From Nemertoderma westbladi (lineage: Eukaryota > Animalia > Xenacoelomorpha): DNA of 64,000 nt. Below are positions 1 to 11,311 of this stretch, piece by piece. The notes beneath the pieces are model-generated. The model saw only the letters and a list, made by a program, of their open reading frames with translations. It did no database searches and had not been told where the DNA came from. Position 1 is the stretch's first letter. Each line of letters opens with the position of its first letter. The position numbers and the translations under genes were made by a program. Where the stretch lies: assembly GCA_032718475.1 (NCBI GenBank), contig JAUCBJ010001208.1, positions 5,028-69,027 on the forward strand. The letters run 5' to 3'.

Positions 1-1647
1 TTAACCAATGAGACTGTAGTTATTAGATTGTAACCAATGTCGTACAAGTTATATATTTGCTGGACCAATAGCTATCTTTAAAAACCTATTAGAACTCATA
101 GAACAATCGAGAATTTTCTCGATTGATTGCGGCACAAATTTGGTATAAAAGGTGCGATTTCGTTCATTAGTACACCACTTCACACTTTATATCTAAAACC
201 TTCTATATCTCAATCATTCGTGCTTTAGATTATCTTTATTAGTTATCTATTAGTTTCTTGTTACGTTTATGTATATCTTCTGTAATAAAGTCAGAATTAT
301 CGCTAATCTGCCCTTTTTCTATCTGTTTTACTATACTTCACCACGGTGAACTCAACTGAGGGACAGGATGGCTGGCTAAACATCGGGCCACAGCAATGAA
401 CGGGAACATCTAAGGAATGTAGACAGGAGACAACCCGCAATATCACTCTTAGTTATTCGCCCATCGCCTGAAAGGTTAGACAGCGTTCGATGCCTTGCTA
501 CCTAAGTATAAGACCAAAGATCGAAGGTAGAGGTAGTGACACGCTGTACGCCTAAAATTACATCTAGGGACTGTACTGTTTTAATTCAGGAAAAAACCGC
601 AGTAGACCTTCATATTCCTACGGGGAGAGGAGAGAGCTCAGGCAGAGATACTAGTACGCAGATAGGACGTAGGCACACCGGTACAAAGCATACACATTGG
701 TAGGGTGCAGCAAACTGTACGCCTAACTCTTGCTAAGTACAGGTGCGTCTGTGACTATTTGTAGTACAACGGTGTCCATTGCATTATAACTTGTAGGCCA
801 GGAGGGTTACTGTGTTTCACCTGAATTAGGATTGTACCGTTCAGGCGGTAGGGCAGTTTACGGCTAGGCGCAAATAAATTGAGGCTAATTAGGGATACTA
901 ACATCTACCGTGTCCCCGCCGACATCCTGATAGGAAGTTACCAAGCCCACCTAGGTAACCAAAATTCTAGATAGGACGCCAGGCTAGCTATTAGTAATTG
1001 TACGCCTACTGTAGTAAACTAACACATTTCTTCTTAGTATTAGGGACCTGGTAAATAAAATTGCCGAATTCTGGGCGTAGTATTAACCTTATGCCTGAAT
1101 TTGAGTCCTGGAAATACATGAAAGGGGAAGGAGCCTTATCATTCGTGAGTATTGGACCTACAAGTTATAAAATTAGAATATTTGCAAAATGCACACCGTA
1201 CCCAGTAATTATATATATGAAGGAGCAAAACTGATCTTGACGGTTCAGAATTAACACACGCGCGTTAGAAATTATTTACACCTCAAAATATATAAAATTA
1301 ACTTTTGTCCGTACTGCGCTTTGCCCGCTAGTTAGACATCTCCAGATCTCTGCACCTAGCTAGCGTCCTTTTCGCCCAACCATATAAATCACACCGCGGC
1401 AAAGTATACGAGCCCCTTAGTCCGTCAGTGAGTCAGCCTGATTTTAGCGCGCGGGATTTTGTTTTATCGAAGTTTGTCCGTTCGTAGACTGTTTTCTGCC
1501 TCACCGGTTATAAGAGACCGATACTGCAATATATTCGCTTACTTGGAGTTTACTGTTTTGGTGAGAAGGTCGGATTTATGATTTGATTCACAAACTTTAT
1601 AGTATGATATTGCAGGATTCGTGTATTTGTTACTGTCTCTTCATATA
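1..1647 (+). repeat. 5' LTR of element A (partial, truncated by window start)
   Basis: Matches 17571-19224; identity ends at ...TCTCTTCATATA. Confidence 0.93.
5..152 (+). promoter_or_regulatory. LTR A Pol II promoter: three CCAAT boxes and TATA box
   Basis: CCAAT at about 5, 34 and 65, TATAAAA at 144-150; LTR C shows the same order (CCAAT x3, TATAAAA about 58618). Confidence 0.6.
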
Positions 1648-2450
1648 GTAGGAATATGTTTTACTGAACTACGGTTCGGTAGGACTAAAGTTATTTGAAA
1701 ATTTTGTATTTTGAGGTAAAAATTTATATTTGATTGGCTGAGTGCTAATTTTTTGAAATAAAATTTGATTTGAACCGCGTGTAAAATATTTTGGAATTGA
1801 ATACCGGTGTTTAAAAGGGTTTAAATACCATATTGTACCGGTACAAAATTTTTCGTAAAAGTAAAACCTAACTCTTTTGTTTTTCAGGATTCAGAACTCA
1901 TTTCTAGACTGTAACGAGAGCAAGACCGTGTTTAGCAAGTTTGGGAGATAGATAACCCAACAACTTTGGTTGGGAAAATCGCACTTCGTCTGCAACGCTG
2001 GAAACGGAAAGGTTCACGTCCGGTTTGTATCTGGGAATTTGTTTTTCTGGAGAATCATTGGAGTGGGTGAGTTTGAAAAGTTGCATAAATAAGTTAGGCA
2101 TTACCGTATTAGTTAAAAATTATTGTGGGTTCCACTGTCTCAAGTATTTATGCATTCTGTACGATTTCTTTGTTCATTGCTGAATTAGTCCGTATTATTG
2201 TATTTAATTTACCTTTTGATAACGCATATCGTTATCCGATTTATTTGTTATAAAATTGGCCGCTAGGCTAATTTTATTATCCGTGACATTTATTTGCTGT
2301 AAAATTGGCCGTTTAGGCTAATTTTATCCATTTGCTATAAAATCGGCCGGTAGACTAATTTTATATGACTGTAATTAGTACCGTTTAAATATAAATATGG
2401 TAAATTTGATACTTTGACACTCACATTTTACTTGACTTACAACTACCGAA

Positions 2451-2833
2451 ATGAGTGACAAACAAGACTATACGAAGAATACACCTACCGACTATGACTC
2501 ATGTGACGCGGATAAGTCAGCAGCGGAAGAACTACAGGGGAAGACTCGCGAGCCTACCGAACCTACACCGTGTGCGTCACCAGTACATCCAACGGGAGTA
2601 CCGGATGCCGTAGTACGAGGCGACGGCAGGACCGAGGACTTTCTAACTGTTCCGCAACCTAGATACAGGGAAACGGACATGGTAAGTTCAGCAGGAAGCC
2701 AGGAGAGCGTAGTTAGAAGCGTCGGAGGATACATGGCGCATATTACCAGGAGTATTGGAGAAGGCCAACGCATATTAGACGAGTTGACCGCTCCGATGTC
2801 TCGGTTTGAGTTCTACACCCTCCAGGTTAGAGT
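2451..2833 (+). pseudogene. gag: gag N-terminus of element A, interrupted by insertion of element B
   Basis: MSDKQDY...RSVGGYMAHITR...EFYTLQVRV is collinear with element C Gag (MSDTPHS...RSIGGHMAQITR...EFYTLQVRI); similarity stops at 2833 where LTR B starts. Confidence 0.88.
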
Positions 2834-3645
2834 TGTATTGTATTTGGTAAGAGTATAAAAAATTTATTTTATAATCATTATATTGTTCCGATAACTTCTA
2901 CTGTACGTTTAAAGTATAAAACCTATTCTATACCTATATTCTACTATATTAATTAACGAAAATCTTATGGATTCTCTTTAAAGTTAAGTTTGTTTCAGTT
3001 CCTTTACTTACTGCAGTAGAAATACTGTACGATTTATTATGTGAAATACTACCTGATTATATGATAAATCACCAGTAGGTTAATTGTCCAGTATCTATAA
3101 TTATTTCCAGATTATTATTATTATACAGTACAGTATAACTAAGCCCTGCTGGAGGTATTTTCAAATTAAGGCTTTTTAAACATGATTAGCCAATGACAGC
3201 CTTTGAATTCTTTATGCTTGTTTCAATGTAGAATTGAAGTTATATATATTCATTCATTACTCTGTTACTGCATTAAGTACCGCAGTACCGGTACGTTATA
3301 TGGTTTAATCTTTTACATTTGGACGTGTATTTAAATTTTGACAGTGTTGTTTTGCATTCAGATGTCTGATGTCTGGATGTCTTTGATATAAAACTGTGAT
3401 ACTGTGATACGATATTCAATATAATGTCTTAGTCGATTAGAACACGTTCAATAACATTGTTGTTCCTGATTAACGGATCAGATCGCATTCTGACATGAGT
3501 CAATTATCGAAAACATTCGCGATGTCCGGCTAAGATTAGCTGCGGTGTGGTGAGGCCGGCAATGGGATGTGGGACATCAGTGGCGGTACGGAAGCAAAAT
3601 TGGACTATCAGGGAAGTTGATCGAACCATTAGGCATAAGTTTGGG
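2834..3645 (+). repeat. 5' LTR of element B (portion shared with 3' copy; true end further right, possibly ...TTACA 4177)
   Basis: Near-identical to 10500-11311; CCAAT about 3190, TATAAAA about 3387. Confidence 0.88.
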
Positions 3646-5087
3646 CTCGCTAAAATTGGATTAGTAACTGTCAATCAATTGCCCCTGAGTGCTAAGGCTG
3701 TAGGCCAATTGGTGAAGGGGTTAGATTATAGTTTTCAGAGGCCCCTATATTGATTTATAATTCATGTACCGCCAGACCGGTAGCTAGGTCTACCATAACA
3801 CGTTAGGAATTCTAACTTACTAATTTTCTAATAATTATTTTAGATAGTTTGTGATCATTCTTAGGCCCTACGGATAAATTGGTGGTTATTATAGCGCTGA
3901 GGGAACATTTGGGATGGTAAAATAGTTAGGCCATTTAATTATTTCTTTCTCAGCCCTAGTATCCTAAATTCCGTATAGATTGACAACCAAACTGTTGTAA
4001 GTATAAAATTTATTTATTTGTTTATACATATTTTGAAAGATAAAAAATTAGTATTTGCTCGTTTTGGGATTAGTTAGAAGAGCCTACTGGTCTAGCATGA
4101 ATTACGAATTTTCAGCCATAATTGCTGTACATTCTGATATAGGTTTGGTTTATTATTTTGGTTGCTGGTGTTTTACAGTACTTTATATGTTAGCCTTTAC
4201 TGCCTGCCAAAATCGAACGACAAATATCTATTGAACTTACTTATTGTGAGCGCTGCTGTAAAAAGGTGTTGAGGTCTCCACCATTGAATTAAAACATTTA
4301 CTCGCAATAGCGATAGCTTTCCCTCAGTTTTGATCTCGGTTAATTCTGCCCTTTCGGGGGATTTGGGATTGCACTTAACAGAAATCAATATAAAAATAAA
4401 TCCCAGCTGATTTACAAAATACTTAGCAAATAACATTTTTAGAAAATAATCAGTCTTTCTGTAATTATTCCGTTTTGCAGAAATACAAAATATTTTCTGG
4501 GATTAAAATATCAGCTCCAAAATTATGTAAAGGAGGTTGAATAGATATTAGGTAGCCAAAAAGGTTAAAAATTTAAATTTAAAGTTTATTTGCAGGAAAT
4601 AAAATTAGTAGGCGCCGTTTAAAGTTTCTATACGACTTTCAGGTACAGAGGGAGACTTTCCAACTGATTCTGGGATCTGTTGATGTTTACGAGTTTGGTA
4701 CAAAAAAGAAGTTTGCAGAATGAAAATCTGCAGCTCAGATTGGGACGCGAGGAAAATTGAAACTGCTCCTGGGGTTAGTTGCATTACCTGTATCTCTGTG
4801 TCTGTGAGACCTGTGAAAGTTTTGCGGCAAGTTAATTTTATGATTTATTTAAATGCTTCCAGTTTGTCCACTATGTTTTAAGAACTCCACATCTTTGCCG
4901 TGCTGGGAAACCGTTACGCCTATTATATTTGTGTATAAAAAATATAATATTTGAAGGAAATATTAAAAATATTTTAGAAATTTTACCGCTGTAGAAGCAG
5001 CACAACTTCAAGTAAAATTAGAAAATATATTTAGATATATACTGTCCAGAAGGTTATACAGAAATACAGAATTAAAATTTACCGACC

Positions 5088-8000
5088 ATGAGTATGCATA
5101 GGACATCGACTATACAGGACATAACTCTAGTAGGTTCTGACTCAAACGATGACGAAATAGAGGAGGTGGTGAGAGTAAGTAGTTTAGATTCACAAAGAGG
5201 GCCACCGATAAGTAGGAGTGCTGGTGGGTATATGGCACAAATTACAAAGTGCACAAACAAGGTAATTACATTATTATTACAAGAGGGTGCTACATTAGAC
5301 AGACAAAAACTTTTGGAGTTACAAGGTAAGTTTAACACCCAGATGATCCATCCAGTAGCTGAACTACAAGCTCTTGTGGATAGAGCAGAAAAATATCAAG
5401 AGAATAAAACCCTGACTTTCTTATTCGAGAAATTGAAAAAGGCAAGAGTGAGTTATATAAGAGTAATTGAACACTTTTCCCAAATTCGTAATACACGATG
5501 GAGCGAAGCAGTTTGTGAATCTCTAACAGTCAATGAAGTCGAGTTTAGAGAATCAGAGAAACGTATTGTGGTTGAGACTCAGCATCGAGTTACTAAATTA
5601 ACCCGTTACTTAAGTAAGAGAGGAGTAGTTATCATTGGATTACCATTGCCATTAACTGCAAACCAAGAGACAGTGAGTGGGTTAAACAGTGGAGCGGAAG
5701 TTTTATCTGTTGCCAGCCAAAGCACAACAAGGTCGCGACGAAGTACGAGTGTAGTATGTAGTCGGAGTTCGATAACAGAATCACAAAAGGCCCTGCGAGC
5801 ATTCACAGAACGAGATAGACTAATTGCAGTTGAAGAGAGAAAGCTCGAAGTAGAGGAAGCGCGTAGGCAGGAAGTTGAACTCGCTGAAGAGGAGATACAT
5901 AAATTAGCAGCACAAGAAGCAGATTTAAAGCAGCAAGAGCAGCATGAGGAAGCAGCAGCTAAATTTAGGCGTGAAGCACAAGCTGCAGCCCAAGAAGCAG
6001 AGCATTTGCGTGATGAATTGCAGAGGCAACAGCGTGAAGCAGCGGCAAATTTAGCGCATCAACATGCACTGAGACGCGCACAAGTAGACGAAAAGCGAAG
6101 AGAATTAGAATTAAAGCAACGAAGGCGTATCCATGAGATTGAAATGCAACATAAGCGAGCTCAGTTGCAAGATGCACGGCTTGAGTTGGTAAATGATAGG
6201 CAGCAGTATGAAGAAAGAAGAAGAATTGCGAAACTCATAAAACGCGAGATTGGGATACGTTTACATATAACCTATTGGACTGATGCCACTTTAGTATTAA
6301 TGTACTTAAATATTGATGATGTACAATTTAAGACATTTGTTGCAAATCGGAAAGCCGAGATTTTAGATTTTACTATCAAAGAAGACTGGCGTCACTGTCC
6401 GGGTGATCGCAACCCCGCAGACATTGCCTCGCGAGGAATGATGCCGACGGAGTTTTGTCAACCAGATAATCAAGATTTCTGGCTGCATGGACCCAAATTC
6501 TTAAGGAAGTCAACAGAGCATTGGCCTCCAATCTTTCACTGCCACTTACATAAACTTCCACCGGAAGCGGAGATTAAGATCGAGAAAGTAAAGAAGTCAA
6601 AGGCGAAGGCCACAGGTTTATCCCATATACCAACATTATTGACTGATCAGGTAATGTCAAATAATTATATGGAGCGGCCGAGAAATGCCATGAGTGAACA
6701 GATGTTAGACAGAAATGAGATTACGTCCCGTACCACATTATATAATCTAAGATCGCGAGTGACACATACAAGTGATATAGTTCCTACGTCGTTACCACCG
6801 CCAAATCCGCCAGATTCAGATATTAATTTAGAGATTGAGTCCGAAGTTGACCTAGCCCTAGATATATCAGACGACGATGAATATATTGACATGCATCCAG
6901 TTCCTGGTGATGAAAAATTCGATGAAGTAAAAGCGATATTTCTAGAATCACCCTTGACCAATAGTAAGCAAGATCTTGTAAAAAATGTGGCATCACAGCC
7001 ACCGCCTAATGTTATGGTAACACAACCACTTAACAGTAATTTAAGGAATTTCTTTGACAGGTTAGTAAATTCCAGTTCATCTTGGCTAAAGCTATGTAGG
7101 AAAGCCGCTTGGATCAGTAGACTTAGTAAATTCTTGGGTAAATCAAAGGAATACTCACTATCTGATTGGAGACAAAGGGTTATTAGAGGATTTCCCAGGA
7201 GACTATCTATCGAGGAAATAGACCAGGCGGAATTGAAGATCATCCTTCATTTTCAGCTGCGAAGTTACACCCGTGAGTACAACGCCATTATGATTAAGAA
7301 AGCGGTTACTTCTTCCCCATTAGTCAGGTTGAGCCCGACCATACACAAAGGACTGCTTTGTCACAGGTCTAGATTACAAGCTACAGACCTAGCACGAGAC
7401 TTCATATATCAAATTATAATCCCGGCATACTTAGAATTACAATGCGCCATGATATGGGATGCTCACTTGAAGCTGAAACATGCTGGCCGTTCACATTGCA
7501 TCTCTTTGTTAAGACAACGTTTTATTTTAATAAAACCAACAAAGGCATTAAATACAGTTCTATCAAACTGTATAGTTTGTAAAAAGTTGAACGCACGCAT
7601 TACCCAGCAACAAATGAGTGAACTACCCTTAGCTAGAGTGCAGTCACACCAATCACCATTTACCCATACGGGACTGGATTGTTTTGGTCCAATCCTCACA
7701 AAGCGTGCACGGTCGATGGTAAAACGTTGGGGTGTCATATTCATTTGTATGGCATCCCGTGCGGTACACATTGAACGCGTCACAGACATGTCCACAAATG
7801 CCTTATTACTTGCTTTGCGTCGGTTCATAGCCAGACGCGGGTTGGTTCAGGCTTTCTCTAGTGACCAAGGTACGAACTTTGTCGGTGGGGACAACGAGAT
7901 TAATAAATCTCTTAATACTATTGACCATGATAAAATTGCTGCCGAATTAATACCCAGTCGTATCACATGGAACTTTAACACGGCTGACAGCCCCTGGAGA

Positions 8001-8657
8001 GGCGGTAGCTGGGAGCGTCTTATACGATCCATAAAATTGGCGTTCCATAAGACCATCCCACCGAACAAAGTACTCACAGATGATGAACTAGTGACTCTTT
8101 TCACAGAGATCGAGTATACTTTGAATTCTCGACCGATTGCACTGGTGCCAGACAGGTCAGACAACGTTATTGCCCTGACACCAAACCATATATTAATGCA
8201 ATCTCCCGCACCACTTGTACCAATCTCTGTCCCAGATGACAGCGATCTGTACTCCAGGAAAGCGTGGAAAATCGTACAATTGTTAGCAGATAACTTCTGG
8301 GAAATATGGCGACAACACTATTTGCCCACTATTTCAGCCAGAAGTAAATGGTATCAAACAACAAGGAATCTTTGTAAAGGAGATTCTGTTCTCTTAGCCG
8401 AGGCGAACCTAAAACGGCGTCACTGGTTAACAGGTGTTGTAATAGCGGTTCATCCAGGATCAGACGGAACAGTTCGAACTGTGACAGTTAGAACACTAGA
8501 CAAACATGTAGTAACTAGACCAGTGCAACATCTCGTTTTATTAGAAGAGTCACGTTGTCAGACTGGAGACTACAAAATCTTTAAAAAACCCAGTGATTAT
8601 ACTTCCCACAAATTATATGAGACAGGAAATGTAAAAACCTCCAAGAAGACAAAGTAA
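5088..8657 (+). CDS. BEL/Pao Gag N-terminus fused in frame to RNase H C-terminus and integrase (capsid core, protease and RT deleted)
   Basis: Coiled-coil Gag N-terminus; RNase H motifs YWTDAT and NPADIASRG; integrase HHCC (HLKLKHAG..CIVC), GLDCFGP, SDQGTNF, WERLIRS; Pao C-terminus (FWEIWRQHYL, HPGSDGTVRTV); no protease or YxDD motif. Confidence 0.9.
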   Translation: MSMHRTSTIQDITLVGSDSNDDEIEEVVRVSSLDSQRGPPISRSAGGYMAQITKCTNKVITLLLQEGATLDRQKLLELQGKFNTQMIHPVAELQALVDRAEKYQENKTLTFLFEKLKKARVSYIRVIEHFSQIRNTRWSEAVCESLTVNEVEFRESEKRIVVETQHRVTKLTRYLSKRGVVIIGLPLPLTANQETVSGLNSGAEVLSVASQSTTRSRRSTSVVCSRSSITESQKALRAFTERDRLIAVEERKLEVEEARRQEVELAEEEIHKLAAQEADLKQQEQHEEAAAKFRREAQAAAQEAEHLRDELQRQQREAAANLAHQHALRRAQVDEKRRELELKQRRRIHEIEMQHKRAQLQDARLELVNDRQQYEERRRIAKLIKREIGIRLHITYWTDATLVLMYLNIDDVQFKTFVANRKAEILDFTIKEDWRHCPGDRNPADIASRGMMPTEFCQPDNQDFWLHGPKFLRKSTEHWPPIFHCHLHKLPPEAEIKIEKVKKSKAKATGLSHIPTLLTDQVMSNNYMERPRNAMSEQMLDRNEITSRTTLYNLRSRVTHTSDIVPTSLPPPNPPDSDINLEIESEVDLALDISDDDEYIDMHPVPGDEKFDEVKAIFLESPLTNSKQDLVKNVASQPPPNVMVTQPLNSNLRNFFDRLVNSSSSWLKLCRKAAWISRLSKFLGKSKEYSLSDWRQRVIRGFPRRLSIEEIDQAELKIILHFQLRSYTREYNAIMIKKAVTSSPLVRLSPTIHKGLLCHRSRLQATDLARDFIYQIIIPAYLELQCAMIWDAHLKLKHAGRSHCISLLRQRFILIKPTKALNTVLSNCIVCKKLNARITQQQMSELPLARVQSHQSPFTHTGLDCFGPILTKRARSMVKRWGVIFICMASRAVHIERVTDMSTNALLLALRRFIARRGLVQAFSSDQGTNFVGGDNEINKSLNTIDHDKIAAELIPSRITWNFNTADSPWRGGSWERLIRSIKLAFHKTIPPNKVLTDDELVTLFTEIEYTLNSRPIALVPDRSDNVIALTPNHILMQSPAPLVPISVPDDSDLYSRKAWKIVQLLADNFWEIWRQHYLPTISARSKWYQTTRNLCKGDSVLLAEANLKRRHWLTGVVIAVHPGSDGTVRTVTVRTLDKHVVTRPVQHLVLLEESRCQTGDYKIFKKPSDYTSHKLYETGNVKTSKKTK

Positions 8658-10499
8658 AATAAAGTGTACTTTATTTTACTGTGGTGTTCTAGTGCTCGAT
8701 ATTCCAGTGTCTGTTATGTGTATTTCGGATTACGTCCGATTACACATAGGAGCGGATTATTGTGTACTGGAATACCGACAACACTTTTATTATTTATTAC
8801 ATCCCATTTGAATTTGAAAATCATATGAATTTCGAAAATGATATTGCTAAAAAATGTTACTACTAAAGTGTGTTTACAGTAGCGAGTCGCAGTTGTGAAA
8901 GTTACCCTACAAGAACCTGAAGTAATTCTAAGCCCTTGGGACGGACAGTGGAGTGACTCGTGCTGGTTGTTGTAGTCGTTGTGCAGCTACGACGTTGGCG
9001 ATAGGCACAGCGGCGACAATACATCAGCGCTGAGGATCTTGCGCTGTCCGGGCGGCATTGAGGGGGAGGCAGCTCACACGCTCCCTGATATATTTACAAA
9101 AAGTTAAATAATTTTAACTAGTTGATTTATTTAACTTTAAATTTGTGTCAAAAAGATTGGAGTACTACATCTGGAGGCTGTAACATTAAATTATTTTATC
9201 AAAAAGGGTCTCACAGATATATTGGCACGGGTATTGTAGCTGTCTTAGGGGTATGTTTAAAACATGTTTTGTAGAAGGGGAGACAGATCCCAAAATCAAG
9301 ATATCTCTTTATTGATTAACACTTTATTGACATAATTTCTCTCTAAATTTCTTAGATAGTAATAAAAAAAAAAAAAAAAAAAAGCGAATGATTTTGTTTC
9401 GCAAATGTCAAAATTTGGGGTCAGCGCTAGAATAAGATAATTTAATATCAATTGGTTGACAAACGCTGAACTGATGGAGGTAAACCCAGGCTTAGCTGAA
9501 AGTTTGTGATACTGTACCTGCCATTCATCCATCCATCAATAATCTTTCTATAAGTTACTAGTTACAGGATGGTACCGCATAAGAACCTGTTGACATACCC
9601 CATCGATTTGAACTGTGGATGCGATCGAAATATCTGGCGATACAGAAAAGATATTGCGCCATCTGATGGTTGATGAGTGGAAAAGGAGGGGGGGATGAAA
9701 GGTTCTACCCGAACTCCCATTGATACCGGCCATCAGCGGAGTTGGAACAGTAAGAAAGAATTCCAGAATACACAAATCCCATACGAGCGTTCGATGCGAA
9801 GTAATTGCGATTGGGCTGGATGTGACCGACGTTGTCACTGCCGATTGCAATACCAGGATTAGGGCGGGGTTTGAGATCCTAATATTTGACCCATTTCAGA
9901 CACAAATCAAACTAATGCGATCGAGAGCGAAGAATTTATGCTCAAGGCGATCATATATTTACCTAGTCATTCTTACTGTAACATTGGGATGTGTCAACGA
10001 GATAATACTACAACAAACCCTGCGCCCTTTAAATCCTGGAAACCAATACCATCGTCCCACTGGTATTTTTTTTATAAGTCTTATATGCTTAACGTCTTAT
10101 ATGCTTACCGTCTTATATGTTTACCTAATCATATATTAGCCTCAATTTATTTACGATGTTAACAAATATTTCACGAACTCATTCGATTTATATTATTTAT
10201 GCCTTAGTAAAAGGTAGTTACTACCTGACAAGGTACTAAAAGTGAACCGGACTCTTACAATATTTTAAGAAAATGTGTAAGTCAGTCCTATTATTATGCA
10301 AGATATTTTATGTAATAATTGAAATAATTCAGATAAATCTTTGTGTTATAGGTAGTATGTTATACAATTGTATGTCCTTTTGAAATATTGATAAATTTAG
10401 ATTAATCTAGTATATTCTACATAATTTTATATAGTAGTTTTAGATTTATTCGGTATGTCCGGTGATGGGATCAGAGCGTTAAACGTCTGATCGGAGCGG

Positions 10500-11311
10500 T
10501 GTATTGTATTTGGTAAGAGTATAAAAAATTTATTTTATAATCGTTATATTGTTCCGATAACTTCTACTGTACGTTTAAAGTATAAAACCTATTCTATACC
10601 TATATTCTACTATATTAATTAACGAAAATCTTATGGATTCTCTTTAAAGTTAAGTTTGTTTCAGTTCCTTTACTTACTGCAGTAGAAATACTGTACGATT
10701 TATTACGTGAAATACTACCTGATTATATGATAAATCACCAGTAGGTTAATTGTCCAGTATCTATAACTATTTCCAGATTATTATTATTATACAGTACAGT
10801 ATAACTAAGCCCTGCTGGAGGTATTTTCAAATTAAGGCTTTTTAAACATGATTAGCCAATGACAGCCTTTGAATTCTTTATGCTTGTTTCAATGTAGAAT
10901 TGAAGTTATATATATTCATTCATTACTCTGTTACTGCATTAAGTACCGCAGTACCGGTACGTTATATGGTTTAATCTTTTACATTTGGACGTGTATTTAA
11001 ATTTTGACAGTGTTGTTTTGCATTCAGATGTCTGATGTCTGGATGTCTTTGATATAAAACTGTGATACTGTGATACGATATTCAATATAATGTCTTAGTC
11101 GATTAGAACACGTTCAATAACATTGTTGTTCCTGATTAACGGATCAGATCGCATTCTGACATGAGTCAATTATCGAAAACATTCGCGATGTCCGGCTAAG
11201 ATTAGCTGCGGTGTGGTGAGGCCGGCAATGGGATGTGGGACATCAGTGGCGGTACGGAAGCAAAATTGGACTATCAGGGAAGTTGATCGAACCATTAGGC
11301 ATAAGTTTGGG
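10500..11311 (+). repeat. 3' LTR of element B, truncated by deletion
   Basis: Matches 2834-3645, then joins directly to the integrase of element A. Confidence 0.88.

Larger units (their letters stand above)
2834..11311 (+). mobile_element. Nested BEL/Pao element B (non-autonomous deletion derivative; 3' LTR truncated)
   Basis: Direct repeat 2834-3645 = 10500-11311 starting TGTATTG; GGAGCGG immediately before the 3' copy; Pao polyprotein ORF between the repeats. Confidence 0.9.

Noticed and set aside
4178-4189. Self-complementary primer site for element B
   Set aside because: The LTR B end is unknown and the best LTR-internal complement I found was only about 6 nt.
9548-10162. Accessory protein gene in element B
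   Set aside because: Overlapping short ORFs on both strands with non-ATG starts and no recognisable motif.
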